Of a stretch of 64,000 nucleotides of DNA, positions 24,928 to 41,412 are shown piece by piece (the stretch's first letter is position 1; every line of letters begins with the position of its first letter). The stretch is from assembly GCA_028826165.1 (NCBI GenBank), contig JAPDFW010000086.1, positions 62,001-126,000 on the forward strand, read 5' to 3'. The notes under the pieces were generated by a model, which searched no databases, was not told the DNA's origin, and saw only the letters and a list, made by a program, of their open reading frames with translations. The stretch is from Anaeramoeba ignava BMAN (lineage: Eukaryota > Protista > Anaeramoebae). A program made the position numbers and the translations under genes.

Positions 24928-26959
24928 TTAATTTTCTTTTTTTTCTTTTAATAATAAATCAATTATTGAATTTTGATTTAATTGATAATAATCTTTTAAA
25001 TCAAAATATTCTTCTAAAATAATTTCTTTTTCTTTTTTAATATTTTTTGAAAATTTATCATGATAAATAAAATAAATGAATTGATGAATTGTTTGAAATG
25101 ATTTTCCTGAATAATCATGAACTTGATTTGATTTATCTTGAACATTTAAAAACATTCCTTTAAATAATTCACTTCTTATTATTAATATTAATTTATGAAC
25201 TTTAATTTCTTTTTCATTATCAAAAATTATTGTAAAGTCTTTTGTTTCATTTTCTTTATATAATTTTGATAAATCTTTTATTATTCCTTTTCTTCCTTTT
25301 TTTAATTCAATCCAATTTGAATCAATTCCAATTTCTTTAAATAATGTTAAAATAATTTCGTTTTCTTTTTGAAATATCCCAAACCCCTTTTCAATTTCTT
25401 TTTCAAATAAATTATTGATTTTATTATTTTCTTGATGATATGTGAACCATGTAACTATATCTTCTTGGAGATTATCTTCATTTTCTTGGAATTGATTGCA
25501 ATAGTCAAATAAATTATGAAAAATTTTCATAAAGTTATCAAAATCGATAAATCCAGTATAAAGGAAATTTAAAGCAATTTGAACATATTCTTTTGATTTT
25601 TGAGAACAAATATTAATAAATTTTTGTAAAATTGTTTCATTATTATCAAATCTTAATAAAAGAAATTGTTTTATGAACTTGAAATTTGAAAGAATCATTT
25701 GATTGGATTTGAAAATCTGATAAATTTTCATTTGATTTTAAAAACTTATTTAAATCATCATTAATTGAATAAATTTGATAAAATATTTCAATAATTTCTT
25801 TTTTCACTACATTCATAGGTAAATCAAAAATATTTGCACCATTCATTAACAAATATTTAATTAATTTTGTATTTCTTTTTTGTATTGCATAATGAAAAGG
25901 CGTTTCTTCGTTTTTATCTTTTGAATTAATATTAGATCCATTTTTAATGAAATATTTAGCAATTTGGAATGCTTTTTGTTTATTTTCTTGGAATTGACAA
26001 ACATAATGTAAAGGTGTTTTATTTTGGTGATTTTTTGAATTGATATCAGCTCCTTTTTCAATTAAATATTTTGTGATTTCGATTGCTATTTTTGGATTAT
26101 GGAAGTGGCAAATATAATATAAAGGAGTTTCATGATATTTATCCTTAGTGTTAACATCAGCACCTTTTTCAATTAAATATTTAATAATTTCAAGTGAATT
26201 CTTTTGAATTTGATTTTGATTTTGAATTTGATTTTGAATTTGATTTTGATTTTGATTTTGATTTTGGTTTTGATTTTGATTTTGATATTGATTTTGATTT
26301 TGGTTTTGATTTTGATTTTGATTTTGAATTTGATTTTGATTTTGATTTTTATTTTGATTTTTATTTTGATTTTGATTTTGATTTTGATTTTGATTTTGAT
26401 TTTGATTTTGATTTTGATTTTGATTTTGATTTTGATTTTGATTTTGATTTTGATTTTGATTTTGATTTTGATTTTGATTTTGATTTTGATTTTGATTTTG
26501 ATTTTGATTTTGATTTTGATTTTGATTTTGATTTTGATTTTGATTTTGATTTTGATTTTGATTTTGATTTTGATTTTGAATATAATATTTAAAAGCGAAA
26601 TTTAAAGCAGTTTCGTTAGATTTATCTTTTGAATTAATATCAGCACCTTTTTCAACTAAATATTTTGTAATTTCAAGTAAATTCTGATGTTTTTGAAATC
26701 TAAAAAGATAATGTAAAATTGATTGTTTATCAAAAATTGTTTTTGAATTAACATCAGCTCCATTTTCAATTAAATATTTTGTAATTTCAAATAAATTTTC
26801 TTCATTTTTTTTATATTTAAAAATTAAATGTAAAGGAGTTTCATTTAATGAATTTTTTGAATTAACATTAATTTCTTTTGGAATTAAATTTTGGATTTCT
26901 TTAATTGCTCCTTTTTTGCATTTTAAAATAAATTCTTGACTTATTTCTGTTTGTTTCAT
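24928..26959 (-). CDS. Ankyrin-repeat + tandem BTB protein (copy C); (QN)n insert; +1 frameshift at about 25670
   Basis: ORFs 25646-26959 and 24928-25731 join after removing one A in CATAAAACAA. Confidence 0.85.
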
Positions 26960-27056
26960 TTTTTTTATTTTTAATTCAAAATAAAAAAAAAAAAAAAAAA
27001 ATAAAAAAATAAAAATCGAAAATCATTTTTTTTATTTCATTTTTTTTTTTTAGTAA

Positions 27057-29927
<2,871 letters not shown>

Positions 29928-30008
29928 AAACATTTTTTTTATAACATTTTTTCATTTTTTTACATTTATTTTTTTTTTCATTTTTTCATTTTCAAAAATA
30001 ATTAAAAA

Positions 30009-31661
30009 ATGAATAAAAATGAAATTCAACAACTTAAATTAAATAGAAAATTAATTTTAGCTTGTCAAGAAAATTCAATTGAAAATGTTAAATTATTAAT
30101 TGAAAATGGTTCTAATATTCATTTTAAAGCTGCTAAAGGGAAAAATCCATTACATTTTGCTTGTCAAAATCAAAAACAAAATTCATTTGAAATTATTAAA
30201 TATTTAATTTCAAAAAAAGCTGATGTTAATGCCCAAACTAATAAAGGAGAAGAAACTCCTTTACATTTTGCAATTCAATTTCAAAAAAATAAAGAAAATT
30301 CATTTCAAATTATTAAATATTTAATTGAAAATGGTGCTGATGTAAATGTCAAAAATAAAAGAAAAGAAACTCCTTTACATTTTGCAATTCAATATCAAAG
30401 TCAAAATAAAGAAAATTCATTTGAAATTATTAAATATTTAATTGATAAAGGTTCAGATGTAAATGCCAAAAATATTACCAATAAAACACCTTTATATTTA
30501 TTATTCCAATATAAAAATGAAAATGCATTTGAAATTATCAAATATTGTGTTGAGAAATATCCAAATCTTAATTTTGAAAATGAAACACGAAAATTACTTG
30601 TTCCAGTTTGCAAATTTCAAAATCAAAATTCAATTAAAATTGTTAAATATTTAATTGAAAAAGGATTTGATATTAATGCTAAAATTGGTTTTTATGAAAC
30701 TCCTTTATATCTTGCTTTACAAAACAGAAATTTAAAATTAATTCAATTATTAATGATGAATGATGTAAATATTTATGATTTATCACAATTTGAAATTATA
30801 CAAGGAGTTCATGAAGTATTTCCTCAAATTTACTCAATTAATGATGATTTGAATAATTTATTAAAATCAAATGATAATTTTTCAGATTTTCAAATTCAAT
30901 CAAATGATTCTTTCAAATTTCAAGTTCATAAAACAATTTCTTTTATTAAGATTTGATAATGATGAAACAATTTTACAAAAATTTATTGATATTTGTTCTC
31001 AAAAATCAAAAGAATATGTTCAAATTGCTTTAAATTTCCTTTATACTGGATTTACTAATTTTGATGACTTAATGAACATTTTTCATATAATAACTGATCT
31101 CCAAGAAAAATTCAAAAAAAATAAACCTAATAAGAAAAATGATAAAGTTTTCTGGCATAGATATTATGTAAAATACAATGAAATAAATGATTTATTTCAA
31201 AAAGAAATTGAAAAATCCAAAAAAGAAAATGAAATTATTTTAACAATATTTAAAGAAATTGGAATTGGTTCAAAATTGGATTGAAATAAAAAAAGGAAGA
31301 AAAGGAATAATAAAAGATTTATCAAAATTATATAAAGAAAATGAAACAAAAGATTTTAAAATAATTTTTGATAATGAAAAAGAAATTAAAGTTCATAAAT
31401 TAATATTAATAATAAGAAGTGAATTATTTAAAGGAATGTTTCAATTAAATGTTGAAGATAAATCAAATCAAGTTCATGATTATTCAGGAAAATCATTTCA
31501 AACAATTTATCAATTAATCCATTTTATTTATCATGATAAATTTTCAAAAAATATTAAAAAAGAAAAAGAAATTATTTTAGAAGAATATTTTGATTTAAAA
31601 GATTATTATCAATTAAATCAAAATTCAATAATTGATTTATTTTTAAAAGAAAGAAAATTAA
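30009..31661 (+). CDS. Ankyrin-repeat + tandem BTB protein (copy D); frameshifts at about 30930, 31272 and 31652
   Basis: ORFs 30009-30956, 30871-31284 and 31259-31717 are colinear with the paralogues; the stop homologous to other copies is at 31659-31661. Confidence 0.82.
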
Positions 31662-31709
31662 AATTAAATTTCCAAAAAATCATTTTTTCATTTTCAAAAA
31701 TAATTAAAA

Positions 31710-33354
31710 ATGAATAAAAATGAAATTCAACAAATTAAATTAAATAGAAAATTAATTTTAGCTTGTAAAAGAAATTCAATTGAAAATGTTAAATTATTAA
31801 TTGAAAATGGTTCTAATATTCATTTTAAAGCTGCTAAAGGGAAAAATCCATTACATTTTGCTTGTCAAAATCAAAAATCAAAATTCATTTGAAATTATTA
31901 AATATTTAATTTCAAAAAAAGCTGATGTTAATGCCCAAACAAATAAAGGAGAAGAAACTCCTTTACATTTTGCAATTCAATTTCAAAAAAATAAAGAAAA
32001 TTCATTTGAAATTATTAAATATTTAATTGAAAATGGTGCTGATGTAAATGTCAAAAATAAAAGAAAAGAAATTCCTTTACATTTTGCAATTCAATATCAA
32101 AGTCAAAATAAAGAAAATTCATTTGAAATTATTAAATATTTACTTGATAAAGGTTCAGATGTAAATGCCAAAAATATTACCAATAAAACACCTTTATATT
32201 TATTATTCCAATATAAAAATGAAAATGCATTTGAAATTATCAAATATTGTGTTGAGAAATATCCAAATCTTAATTTTGAAAATGAAACACGAAAATTACT
32301 TGTTCCAGTTTGCAAATTTCAAACTCAATTCAACTCAATTAAAATTGCTAAATATTTAATTGAAAAAGGATTTGATATTAATGCTAAAATTGGTTTTTAT
32401 GAAACTCCTTTATATCTTGCTTTACAAAACAGAAATTTAAAATTAATTCAATTATTAATGATGAATGATGTAAATATTTATGATTTATCGCCATTCAAAA
32501 TTACACAAGGAATTATTAAAAAATTTCCTAAAATTTACTCAATTAATGAAGATTTGAATAATTTATTAAAATCAAATGATAATTTTTCAGATTTTCAAAT
32601 TCAATCAAATGATTCTTTCAAATTTCAAGTTCATAAACAATTCCTTTTATTAAGATTTGATAATAATGAAACAATTTTACAAAAATTTATTGATATTTGT
32701 TCTCAAAAATCAAAAGAATATGTTCAAATTGCTTTAAATTTCCTTTATACTGGATTTACTGATTTTGATTATTTTATGAAAAAGTTTCATAATTTTGCTA
32801 ATTATCGAAAGCAACTGATTACCAATCAAAAAAATCTAGATTTAAATAAAATTTTATGGCCTGAATATCATCAAAAAAGTGAAGAAATCAAAAAGTTATT
32901 TACAAAAAATGATGAAAAATTCAAAGAAGAAAATGAAATGATTTTAACATTTTTCAAAGAAATTGGAATTGATTCAAATTGGATTGAAATAAAAAAAGGA
33001 AGAAAAGGAATAATAAAAGATTTATCAAAATTATATGAAGAAAATGAAACAAAAGACTTTACAATAATTTGTTCAAGAAAAAGAATTAAAGTTCATAAAT
33101 TAATATTAATAATAAGAAGTGAATTATTTAAAGGAATGTTTTTATTAAATGTTGAAGATAAATCAAATCAAGTTCATGATTATTCAGGAAAATCATTTGA
33201 AACAATTTATCAATTAATCCATTTTATTTATCATGATAAATTTGATAAATCAAAAAAAATAAGACAAGAAACAAAGAAAGAATATCTTGATTTAAAAGAT
33301 TATTATCAATTAAATCAAAATTCAATAATTAATTTAATTTTAAATAAAAATTAG
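31710..33354 (+). CDS. Ankyrin-repeat + tandem BTB protein (copy E); +1 frameshift at about 31880
   Basis: Ankyrin half almost identical to copy D; BTB motifs as in the other copies. Confidence 0.85.
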
Positions 33355-33410
33355 AGAGAAAAATTTCATTTTTTTCATTTTTTTCATTTTTCATTTTTCA
33401 TTTCAATAAA

Positions 33411-35582
33411 ATGAGTGAAAAAGATATAAATCAAGAATTCATTTCGAAATGTGAAAATGGAACAATTGAAGAAATTCAAAATTTAATTAATTTAAATGGA
33501 TCTAATATCAATTTAAAATCATTAACAACCCAAAGATCAATACATTTAATTTGTCAATTTCAAAATCAAGAAAATTCACTTGAAATTATTAAATATTTAG
33601 TTGAAAATGGGATTAATGCAAATTCAAAAAACAATAAAAGAGAAGCACCTTTACATTTAATTTGTCAATATCAAACCAAAAACGAATATTCAATTGAAAT
33701 CATGAAATATTTACTTTCAAAAGGAGCTGATATCAATTCAAAATGTTTTGGAAATCAAACACCTTTACATTATGCTTGTCAATATAATTCATTTGAAGTT
33801 ATCAAATATTTAATTGAAAATCAAGCTGATATTAATTAAAAACAGAAATAATGAAACTCCTTTGAATTTAATTCTAAAAACAAAAAAGATGAAACTGTTT
33901 TGCATTTGATTTGTCAGTATCATTTCCAAAATGAACAAGAGAAAGAGAAAGAAAAATCATTTGAAATTTTCAAATATTTGATTGAAAAAGAAGCTGATAT
34001 TAATGCAAAAAACAAAGAAAATGAAACTCCTTTACATTTGATTTGCGAATATCAACAAAAAAAAGAAAATCTTTTTGAAGTTATCAAATATTTAATTGAA
34101 AAAGAAGCTGATATTAATGCAAAAAACAAAGAAAATGAAACTCCTTTACATTTGATTTGCGAATTTCAAAACAAAGAAAATGCACTTGAAGTTATTAAAT
34201 ATTTAATTGGTAAAGGAGCTGATGTAAATGCAAAAAATGATAAAAATGAAACTCCTTTGCATTATGCCTTGAAATATTACTTCCAGTATCTATACTTAAA
34301 AGAAAATGCATTTGAAGTAATCAAATATTTAATTTTAAGAGGAGCTGATATTAATATTCCAAATAAAACTAATGAAACTCCTTTGCATTTAGTTTGCAAA
34401 TCTCAACAAAATCAACAAAATTCTCTTGAAATGGCAAAGTATTTAATTAAAATGGGTTCAAATGTTAATGCAAAAGCAGATCGAAATGAAACTCCCTTAC
34501 ATTATGTTTGTGAATTCCAAAAAAGTCAAGAAAATTCAATTAAAATTGCTAAAGCTTTAATTAAAAATGGTGCTAATGTTGATGCAGCAGCTAAAGGAAA
34601 TCGAATTGCTTTGTATTTTGCAATTCAAAAAGGGAATTTAAAATTAGTTGAATTATTATTGATGAATGATGCTGATCTTGTTGATTTAGCAACTGCTCCT
34701 AAGCTTACTCCAGAAATTAATGAAAATTCTTCTCAAATTTATTCAATTAATGAAGATTTGAATAATTTATTAAAATCAAATGAAAATTTTTCAGATTTTC
34801 AAATCCAATCAAATGATTCTTTCAAATTTCAAGTTCATAAAAAATTTCTTTTATTAAGATTTGATAATGATGAAAAAATTTTACAAAAATTTATTGATAT
34901 TTGTTCTCAAAAATCAAAAGAAGATGTTCAAATTGCTTTAAATTTCCTTTATACTGGATTTACTGATTTTGATTATTTTATTGAATCTTTCAATAATTTT
35001 ATTCGTTATTATAATGAACATCAAAAGATTACAAAAGCTGTTATTGAAAAAAAAATTAGTTATCCTCAACACAATCGAAGAGTTGTGATAAATAGTGAGT
35101 TATTCCAAAAAGAAAAATCCAAAAAAATTGAAAAATCCAAAAAAGAAAATGAAATGATTTTAACATTATTCAAAGAAATTGGAATTGATTCAAATTGGAT
35201 TGAAATAAAAAAAGGAAGAAAAGGAATAATAAAAGATTTATCCAAATTATATGAAGAAAATGAAACAAAAGATTTTAAAATAATTTTTGATAATGAAAAA
35301 GAAATTAAAGTTCATAAATTAATATTAATAATAAGAAGTGAATTATTTAAAGGAATGTTTTTAAATGTTCAAGATAAATCAAATCAAGTTCATGATTATT
35401 CAGGAAAATCATTTGAAACAATTCAAGAATTCATTTATTTTATTTATCATGATAAATTTTCAAAAAATATTAAAAAAGAAAAAGAAATTATTTTAGAAGA
35501 ATATTTTGATTTAAAAGATTATTATCAATTAAATCAAAATTCAATAATTGATTTATTTTTAAAAGAAGAAAAAGAAAATTAA
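33411..35582 (+). CDS. Ankyrin-repeat + tandem BTB protein (copy F); interrupted by a stop and a collapsed repeat at 33837-33900
   Basis: ORFs 33411-33839 and 33900-35582; the junction contains two partial ankyrin starts. Confidence 0.8.
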
Positions 35583-35637
35583 AATTAAATTTCTATTCAA
35601 AAAATTCATTTTTTCATTTTCAAAAATAAATAAAAAA

Positions 35638-37328
35638 ATGAAACAAAATCAAAATTATCAAATTAAATTAAATAGAAAATTATTTTCAGCTTGTCAAGAG
35701 AATTCAATTGAAAATGTTAAATTAGCAATTGAAAACGGTTCTGATGTTAATTTTAAAAGTGATAAAGGAAAATCTCCTTTACATTTTGCTTGTCAAAATC
35801 AAAAATCAAATTCATTTGAAATTATTAAATATTTAATTTCAAAAAAAGCGTCTATCAATGTCAAAACAAAGAAAGGACAAGAAACTCCTTTACATTTAGC
35901 TTGTCAATTTCAAAAAAACAAAAACTCAATTGAAATTATTAAGTATTTAATTGAAAATGGTGCTGATGTAAATGTCAGAAATAAAGAAAATGATTCTCCT
36001 TTACATTTAGCTTGTCAATTTCAAAAAAATCAAAAAGCATTTGAAATGATCAAATATTTAATTGAAAACAAAGCATATGTAAATGCCAGAAATGCTAATA
36101 ATAAGACTCCTTTGCATTTAGTTTGTCAATTTCAAAATCAACCAAACTCAATTGAAATTGTCAAATATTTAATTGAAAAAGAAGCTGATGTTAATGTCAA
36201 GTCACATCCTTTAATTCAAACTCCTTTACATTATGTTTTTCAATATCAAAAAATCAAGAAAATGAATTTAAAATTGCTAAAGCTTTAATTAAAAATGGAG
36301 TTGATATTAATGTTAAGAATAATAGAAAGGAAACTGTTTTATATCTTGCAATTCAAAAAGGGAATTTAAAATTAATTAAATATTTATTGATGAATGATGC
36401 AAATATTTTTGATTTAAAACTAGATTCTAAAGTTACTTCAGAAATTATTGAAATATTTAATCAAATTTATTCAATTAATGATGATTTAAATAATTTATTA
36501 AAATCAAATGAAAATTTATCAGATTTTCAAATTCAATCAAATGATTCTTTCAAATTTCAAGTTCATAAAAAATTTCTTTTATTAAGATTTGATAATGATG
36601 AAACAATTTTACAAAAATTTATTGATATTTGTTCTCAAAAATCAAAAGAAGATGTTCAAATTGCTTTAAATTTCCTTTATACTGGATTTATTAATTTTGA
36701 TAATTATGTTAAAATTTTTCATACAATAATTGGTTACCAAGAAAGAAACAAAAAAATCGAAGAAGAATATAATAAATATCAAAGTCCATTTTATCGATCT
36801 TATCAAAATCGTCTCGAAATTACTATTTTATTCCAAAAAGAAATTGAAAAATCCAAAAAAGAAAATGAAATGATTTTAACAATATTTAAAGAAATTGGAA
36901 TTGATTCAAAATGGATTGAAATAAAAAAAGGAAGAAAAGGAATAATAAAAGATTTATCCAAATTATATGAAGAAAATGAAACAAAAGATTTTAAAATAAT
37001 TTTTGATAATGAAAAAGAAATTAAAGTTCATAAATTAATATTAATAATAAGAAGTGAATTATTTAAAGGAATGTTTTTAAATGTTCAAGATTCATCAAAT
37101 CAAGTTCATGACTATTCAGGAAAATCATTTCAAACAATTTATCAATTACTCCATTTTATTTATCATGATGAATTTGATAAAAGAAGGAAAATAACTCAAA
37201 AAATTAAAGATGAATTTTCTGATTTAAAAGATTATTATCAATTAAATCAAAATTCAATAATTGATTTATTATTAAAAGAAGAATATAAAAAGAAGAAAAG
37301 AAAAAGAAAAAACAACAAAAAAAATTAA
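35638..37328 (+). CDS. Ankyrin-repeat + tandem BTB protein (copy G); -1 frameshift in the A-run at about 36250
   Basis: ORFs 35638-36288 and 36387-37328 join through KIAKALIKNGVDIN...; basic C-terminal tail KKKKRKRK. Confidence 0.85.
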
Positions 37329-37408
37329 AAATTTCATTTTTTATTATTTTTATATTTGAAAGAATAAAGGGAAATTTTTGATTAAATTTTAAAGAGAAAA
37401 AAAATTAA

Positions 37409-38161
37409 TTAAAATTCATCAAAATTCTCATCAATAATTTTGAGTTGGGATTTTTTAGAAGGAGAAACTGAATAAGTTTTTCTTTTCTTTTCTTCTTGTT
37501 CATCCAATTTATCGTTTTTATTTTGATTTTGATTTTTATTTTTATTTTTATTTTTATTTTTATTTTTATTTTTATTTTTATTTTTATTTTGATTTTTATT
37601 TTTATTTTTATTTTGATTTGAATTTTCATTTTGATTTTGATTTGAATTTTGATTTATATTTTGATTTTCATTTTGATTTGAATTTTGATTTGAATTTTGA
37701 TTTGAATTTTGATTTGAATTTTGATTTGAATTTTCATTTTGATTTGAATTTTGATTTGAATTTTGATTTGAATTTTGATTTGAATTTTGATTTGAATTTT
37801 CATTTTGATTTTGATTTGAATTTTCATTTGAATTTTCATTTTGATTTTTATAACTTCTTTTTTTATTTTTTCTTTGTCTTCTTTTTCTTGCTTTTTTTTC
37901 AGTTTTCAAATATTGTTGCAGTTGTCTTTGTGTTCTTCTTTTTTGAAATTCTTCTTCTTTGATTTTTGCTTGATATTCTTGTTCTAATTTTCTTTGTCTG
38001 TATTGTTCATGAAGTTTCATTGTTCTGTAATAATGAAAATCTCCAGATCCTGATCCGGCTGTTGATCCAGAAATATTGGTTAATTTTAATTCATTTTGTT
38101 TTATTACTAAATGTTTTTCTTCTTTATTTTCTTTATTTTCTTTATTTTCTTTATTTTCCAT
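37409..38161 (-). CDS. PRKRIP1: PRKR-interacting protein 1 homologue (spliceosomal exon-ligation factor, DUF1168)
   Basis: NISGSTAGSGSGDFHYYR..K..E..R motif followed by a coiled coil and a basic RKRRQRK stretch. Confidence 0.88.
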   Translation of the reverse strand: MENKENKENKENKEEKHLVIKQNELKLTNISGSTAGSGSGDFHYYRTMKLHEQYRQRKLEQEYQAKIKEEEFQKRRTQRQLQQYLKTEKKARKRRQRKNKKRSYKNQNENSNENSNQNQNENSNQNSNQNSNQNSNQNSNQNENSNQNSNQNSNQNSNQNSNQNENQNINQNSNQNQNENSNQNKNKNKNQNKNKNKNKNKNKNKNKNKNQNQNKNDKLDEQEEKKRKTYSVSPSKKSQLKIIDENFDEF

Positions 38162-38508
38162 TTATAATTTGTTTTGTTTTGTTTTTTTGAAATGAAAAAA
38201 ATGAAAAATGAAAAATGAAAAAAAAAATATTTTTTCCGATTTTAAATAATTAAATTAAGAATTAGATAATTATTAAAAAATCAAATATTTAAATCAATAA
38301 TTAAATCAATAATTAAATCAAAATATTTAAATTAAATATTTAAATCAAATATTTAATTTAAATAATTAAATCAAATATTAAAATCAATTATTTAAATCAA
38401 TTATTTAAATTAAATATTTAAATCAAATATTTAAATATTTAAATTAAAAAATATATTCAAATTCATAATAAATTTATTAAAAAAATAATAAAAATAATAA
38501 AAATCAAA

Positions 38509-39790
38509 TCAATCAAAAAGTAAATGAGAAGTAAAATGAGCTCTACAAATAGGGCATTTGTCTATATGATGAAGACATTTTTGGCAAACACACATGTGCC
38601 TACAAGGAATTAAAACAACATTCCTTCGATTTTCCAAACAAATAACACATTCACTAACATCAACTTCGTCATTGCCATAAACATCTCCTGTAGAAAAAAT
38701 ATTACTACCAGTCACAATAACTTGCTTAATTATAACAGGATTCAATGATTCATTTGGAAAATGTACTAAAACAATTTCGTATTTTGTTTCTTGAATTGAC
38801 TCTTTTTGTTTATCAATAAATCTTAAAATTTTTTTTGCTTCATGTTTTTGTGGATTTGGAAAAAAGGAATTTTCAAAAAAACTTGAATCGAATTCTGAAC
38901 TAGTTGATGTTTCATTTGTTGAAGTTAGATCTAATTCTAAAGCTTCTGATTTTGTAAATTCTGAATCATGAAATTCCATTGAAATTTTTTGATTTGAAAA
39001 TATTTGATTTGAATTTGTTTGATTTGAAATTGTTTGATTTGAAATTGTTTGATTTGAATTTGTTTGATTTGAATTTATTTGATTTGAATTTATTTGATTT
39101 GAATTTATTTGATTTGAATTTATTTGATTTGAATTTTTTCCATTTGAATTTTTTCCATTTGAATTTTTTCCATTTGAAATTGTTTGATTTGAATTTTTTC
39201 CATTTGAATTTTTTTCAATTTCTTGAATTGAAATTTGTTGATTTAAATCATTTTGATAATTTTCAAAAAATTCATCCTTTTTCTTTTTTTTAGGAGAATA
39301 AAAATATTGATCTGAAGGTTGGAAAATAATTGCTAATGGATAATATTGTGATAATCTTGATCGAAATCTAAATTGAAAATTTTCAAAATATTTTATCGGA
39401 AAAAATTCTGAAGAATATTCAACTTTTTCTGGTATATATTCTATTGTTTTCATTTCAGAACAAAATAAAAATGCATCTCTTGTTAAAAACATTTGTTTAT
39501 CATCTTTATCTATTTCTGAATCCAATATATTTTTTATTTTCAATTCATTTGATTTTTTAAAAATTTGATTCATTTCATTATTTTGGATTTTTTGTTGAGA
39601 TTGTTTTTCAAAAAATTTGAAAAGAGATTCTTCTAATGTTTTTATATTTAATCCCCAAAATAATTGAATTTTGATATTTTTGGAAACGAATTTGATGTTA
39701 AATTTGACTTGAATTGAGTGTAATCTTTGAAAGTCTTGAATCTGAAATGAATTAATATTTTTATTTAAGTTATTATTATTATTATTTTTA

Positions 39791-39834
<44 letters not shown>

Positions 39835-39892
39835 GTTATTATTATTATTATTGTTATTATTATTATTGTTATTATTATTATTGTTATTATTA

Positions 39893-39930
<38 letters not shown>

Positions 39931-40709
39931 GTTATTATTATTTTATTATTATTATTTTGTTCATTGTTGTTATTATTATTATTATTGTCATTATTATTAC
40001 ATTATTATTATTATTATTATTATTTATTATTTATTATTATTATCATTATTATTATTATTATTATTATTTTGTTATTATTATTATTGTTGTTGTTATTATT
40101 ATCACTATTTAAATCATTATTATTGTTGTTGTTATTGTTATTATCATTATTATTATTGTTGTTGTTGTTATTATCACTATTTAAGTTATTATTATTGTTA
40201 TTATTATTATTATTATCATTATTTAAATTGTTATTATTGTTAGTTAAATCCTTCAATGATTCTAAATTTTCATCAATTTTTTTATTTGATTTTTTAATTG
40301 GATTTTTAGTTGATTTTGATTTTGATTTTGATCTTGATCTCGATCTTGGAATTGACTTTTTCAATTTAGAATCCAAAGTTTTTTTAATTTTCTTTTTTTT
40401 CATAACTAAAGACAAAGTACTTTCAATAAAAGATAAAGGAGTAACAACTTTTTGAACTAACCGATTAGGATCGTTATTATTTGAATTGAGTTCTTTTTGT
40501 CTTTGTAATTGAGCAAATTGTTCTTTTGAAAACAAAGGAACAAAAGGAAAATCATCTCCAAAATTATCATAAAGTGTAATTTGATTAGTTGATAAAGAAA
40601 AAGTAACTGAAAATAAAAAAGCAACTCTTTTTCCAAGTCGAATTAACCAAAAAAGGAGAAATAAACAAATAAATAATAAAATAACATTCCAAACTCCAGA
40701 ATCTAACAT
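38509..40709 (-). CDS. Membrane-anchored RING E3 ligase (CGRRF1/MGRN1-like); frame broken inside a poly-Asn tract
   Basis: N-terminal TM helix; QLFWGL, YYPLAII, IIKQ; C-terminal CVICLENRRNVVLIPCRHMCVCQKCLHHIDKCPICR. The two halves are linked by an (AAT)n run with indels. Confidence 0.78.
39768..40240. repeat. (AAT/AAC)n trinucleotide tract, poly-Asn on the minus strand
   Basis: Direct. Confidence 0.9.
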
Positions 40710-41412
40710 AAATTTTTGTTTATTTAATTCTTTCTTTTTCTTTTGCTTTTGTTTTCTTATTTAGTTTTTTATTTCTGTTTTTTTTTTTATTTCAAAATTA
40801 ATTTATTTTTTCTTCTTTGTTTAAATTAATTTGAATCAATTTAAATCAATTTGAATCAATTTAAAAGAAAGAATTTTTTTCAAAAAGAACAATTTTAAAA
40901 GAAAATTTAAAAGAAAATTTAAAAAAAATTCTTTTCAAAAATTTAAAAGAAAAGAGAAAAAGAAAAAAAAAAAGAAAAAAATGATTTTTAATTATTCAAA
41001 AAAAAAATTTTTTAAAAACAAAAAAAAAATAAAGATTTGCAAATTTTTTAAAGGGGGATTTTAACAATCACATATTCTATTCAAAATCTAAATAATTTTA
41101 CTTTTCAATTTTTTAAATTTTTGGATTCGGGATTTTTTGATTTTTTGATTTTAATTTTAATTTTAATTTTGATTTTGATTTTAATTTTAATTTTAATTTT
41201 AATTTTAATTTTAATTTTAATTTTAATTTTAATTTTAATTTTATAAATGATTTTAATTTTATAAATGATTTTAATTTTAATTTTAATTTTGATTTTAAAT
41301 TTAATTTTAATTTTAATTTTGATTATGATTTTAATTTTAATTTTAAATTTAATTTTAATTTTAATATTAATTTTAATTTTAATTTTATAAATGATTTTAA
41401 TTTTATAAAATT

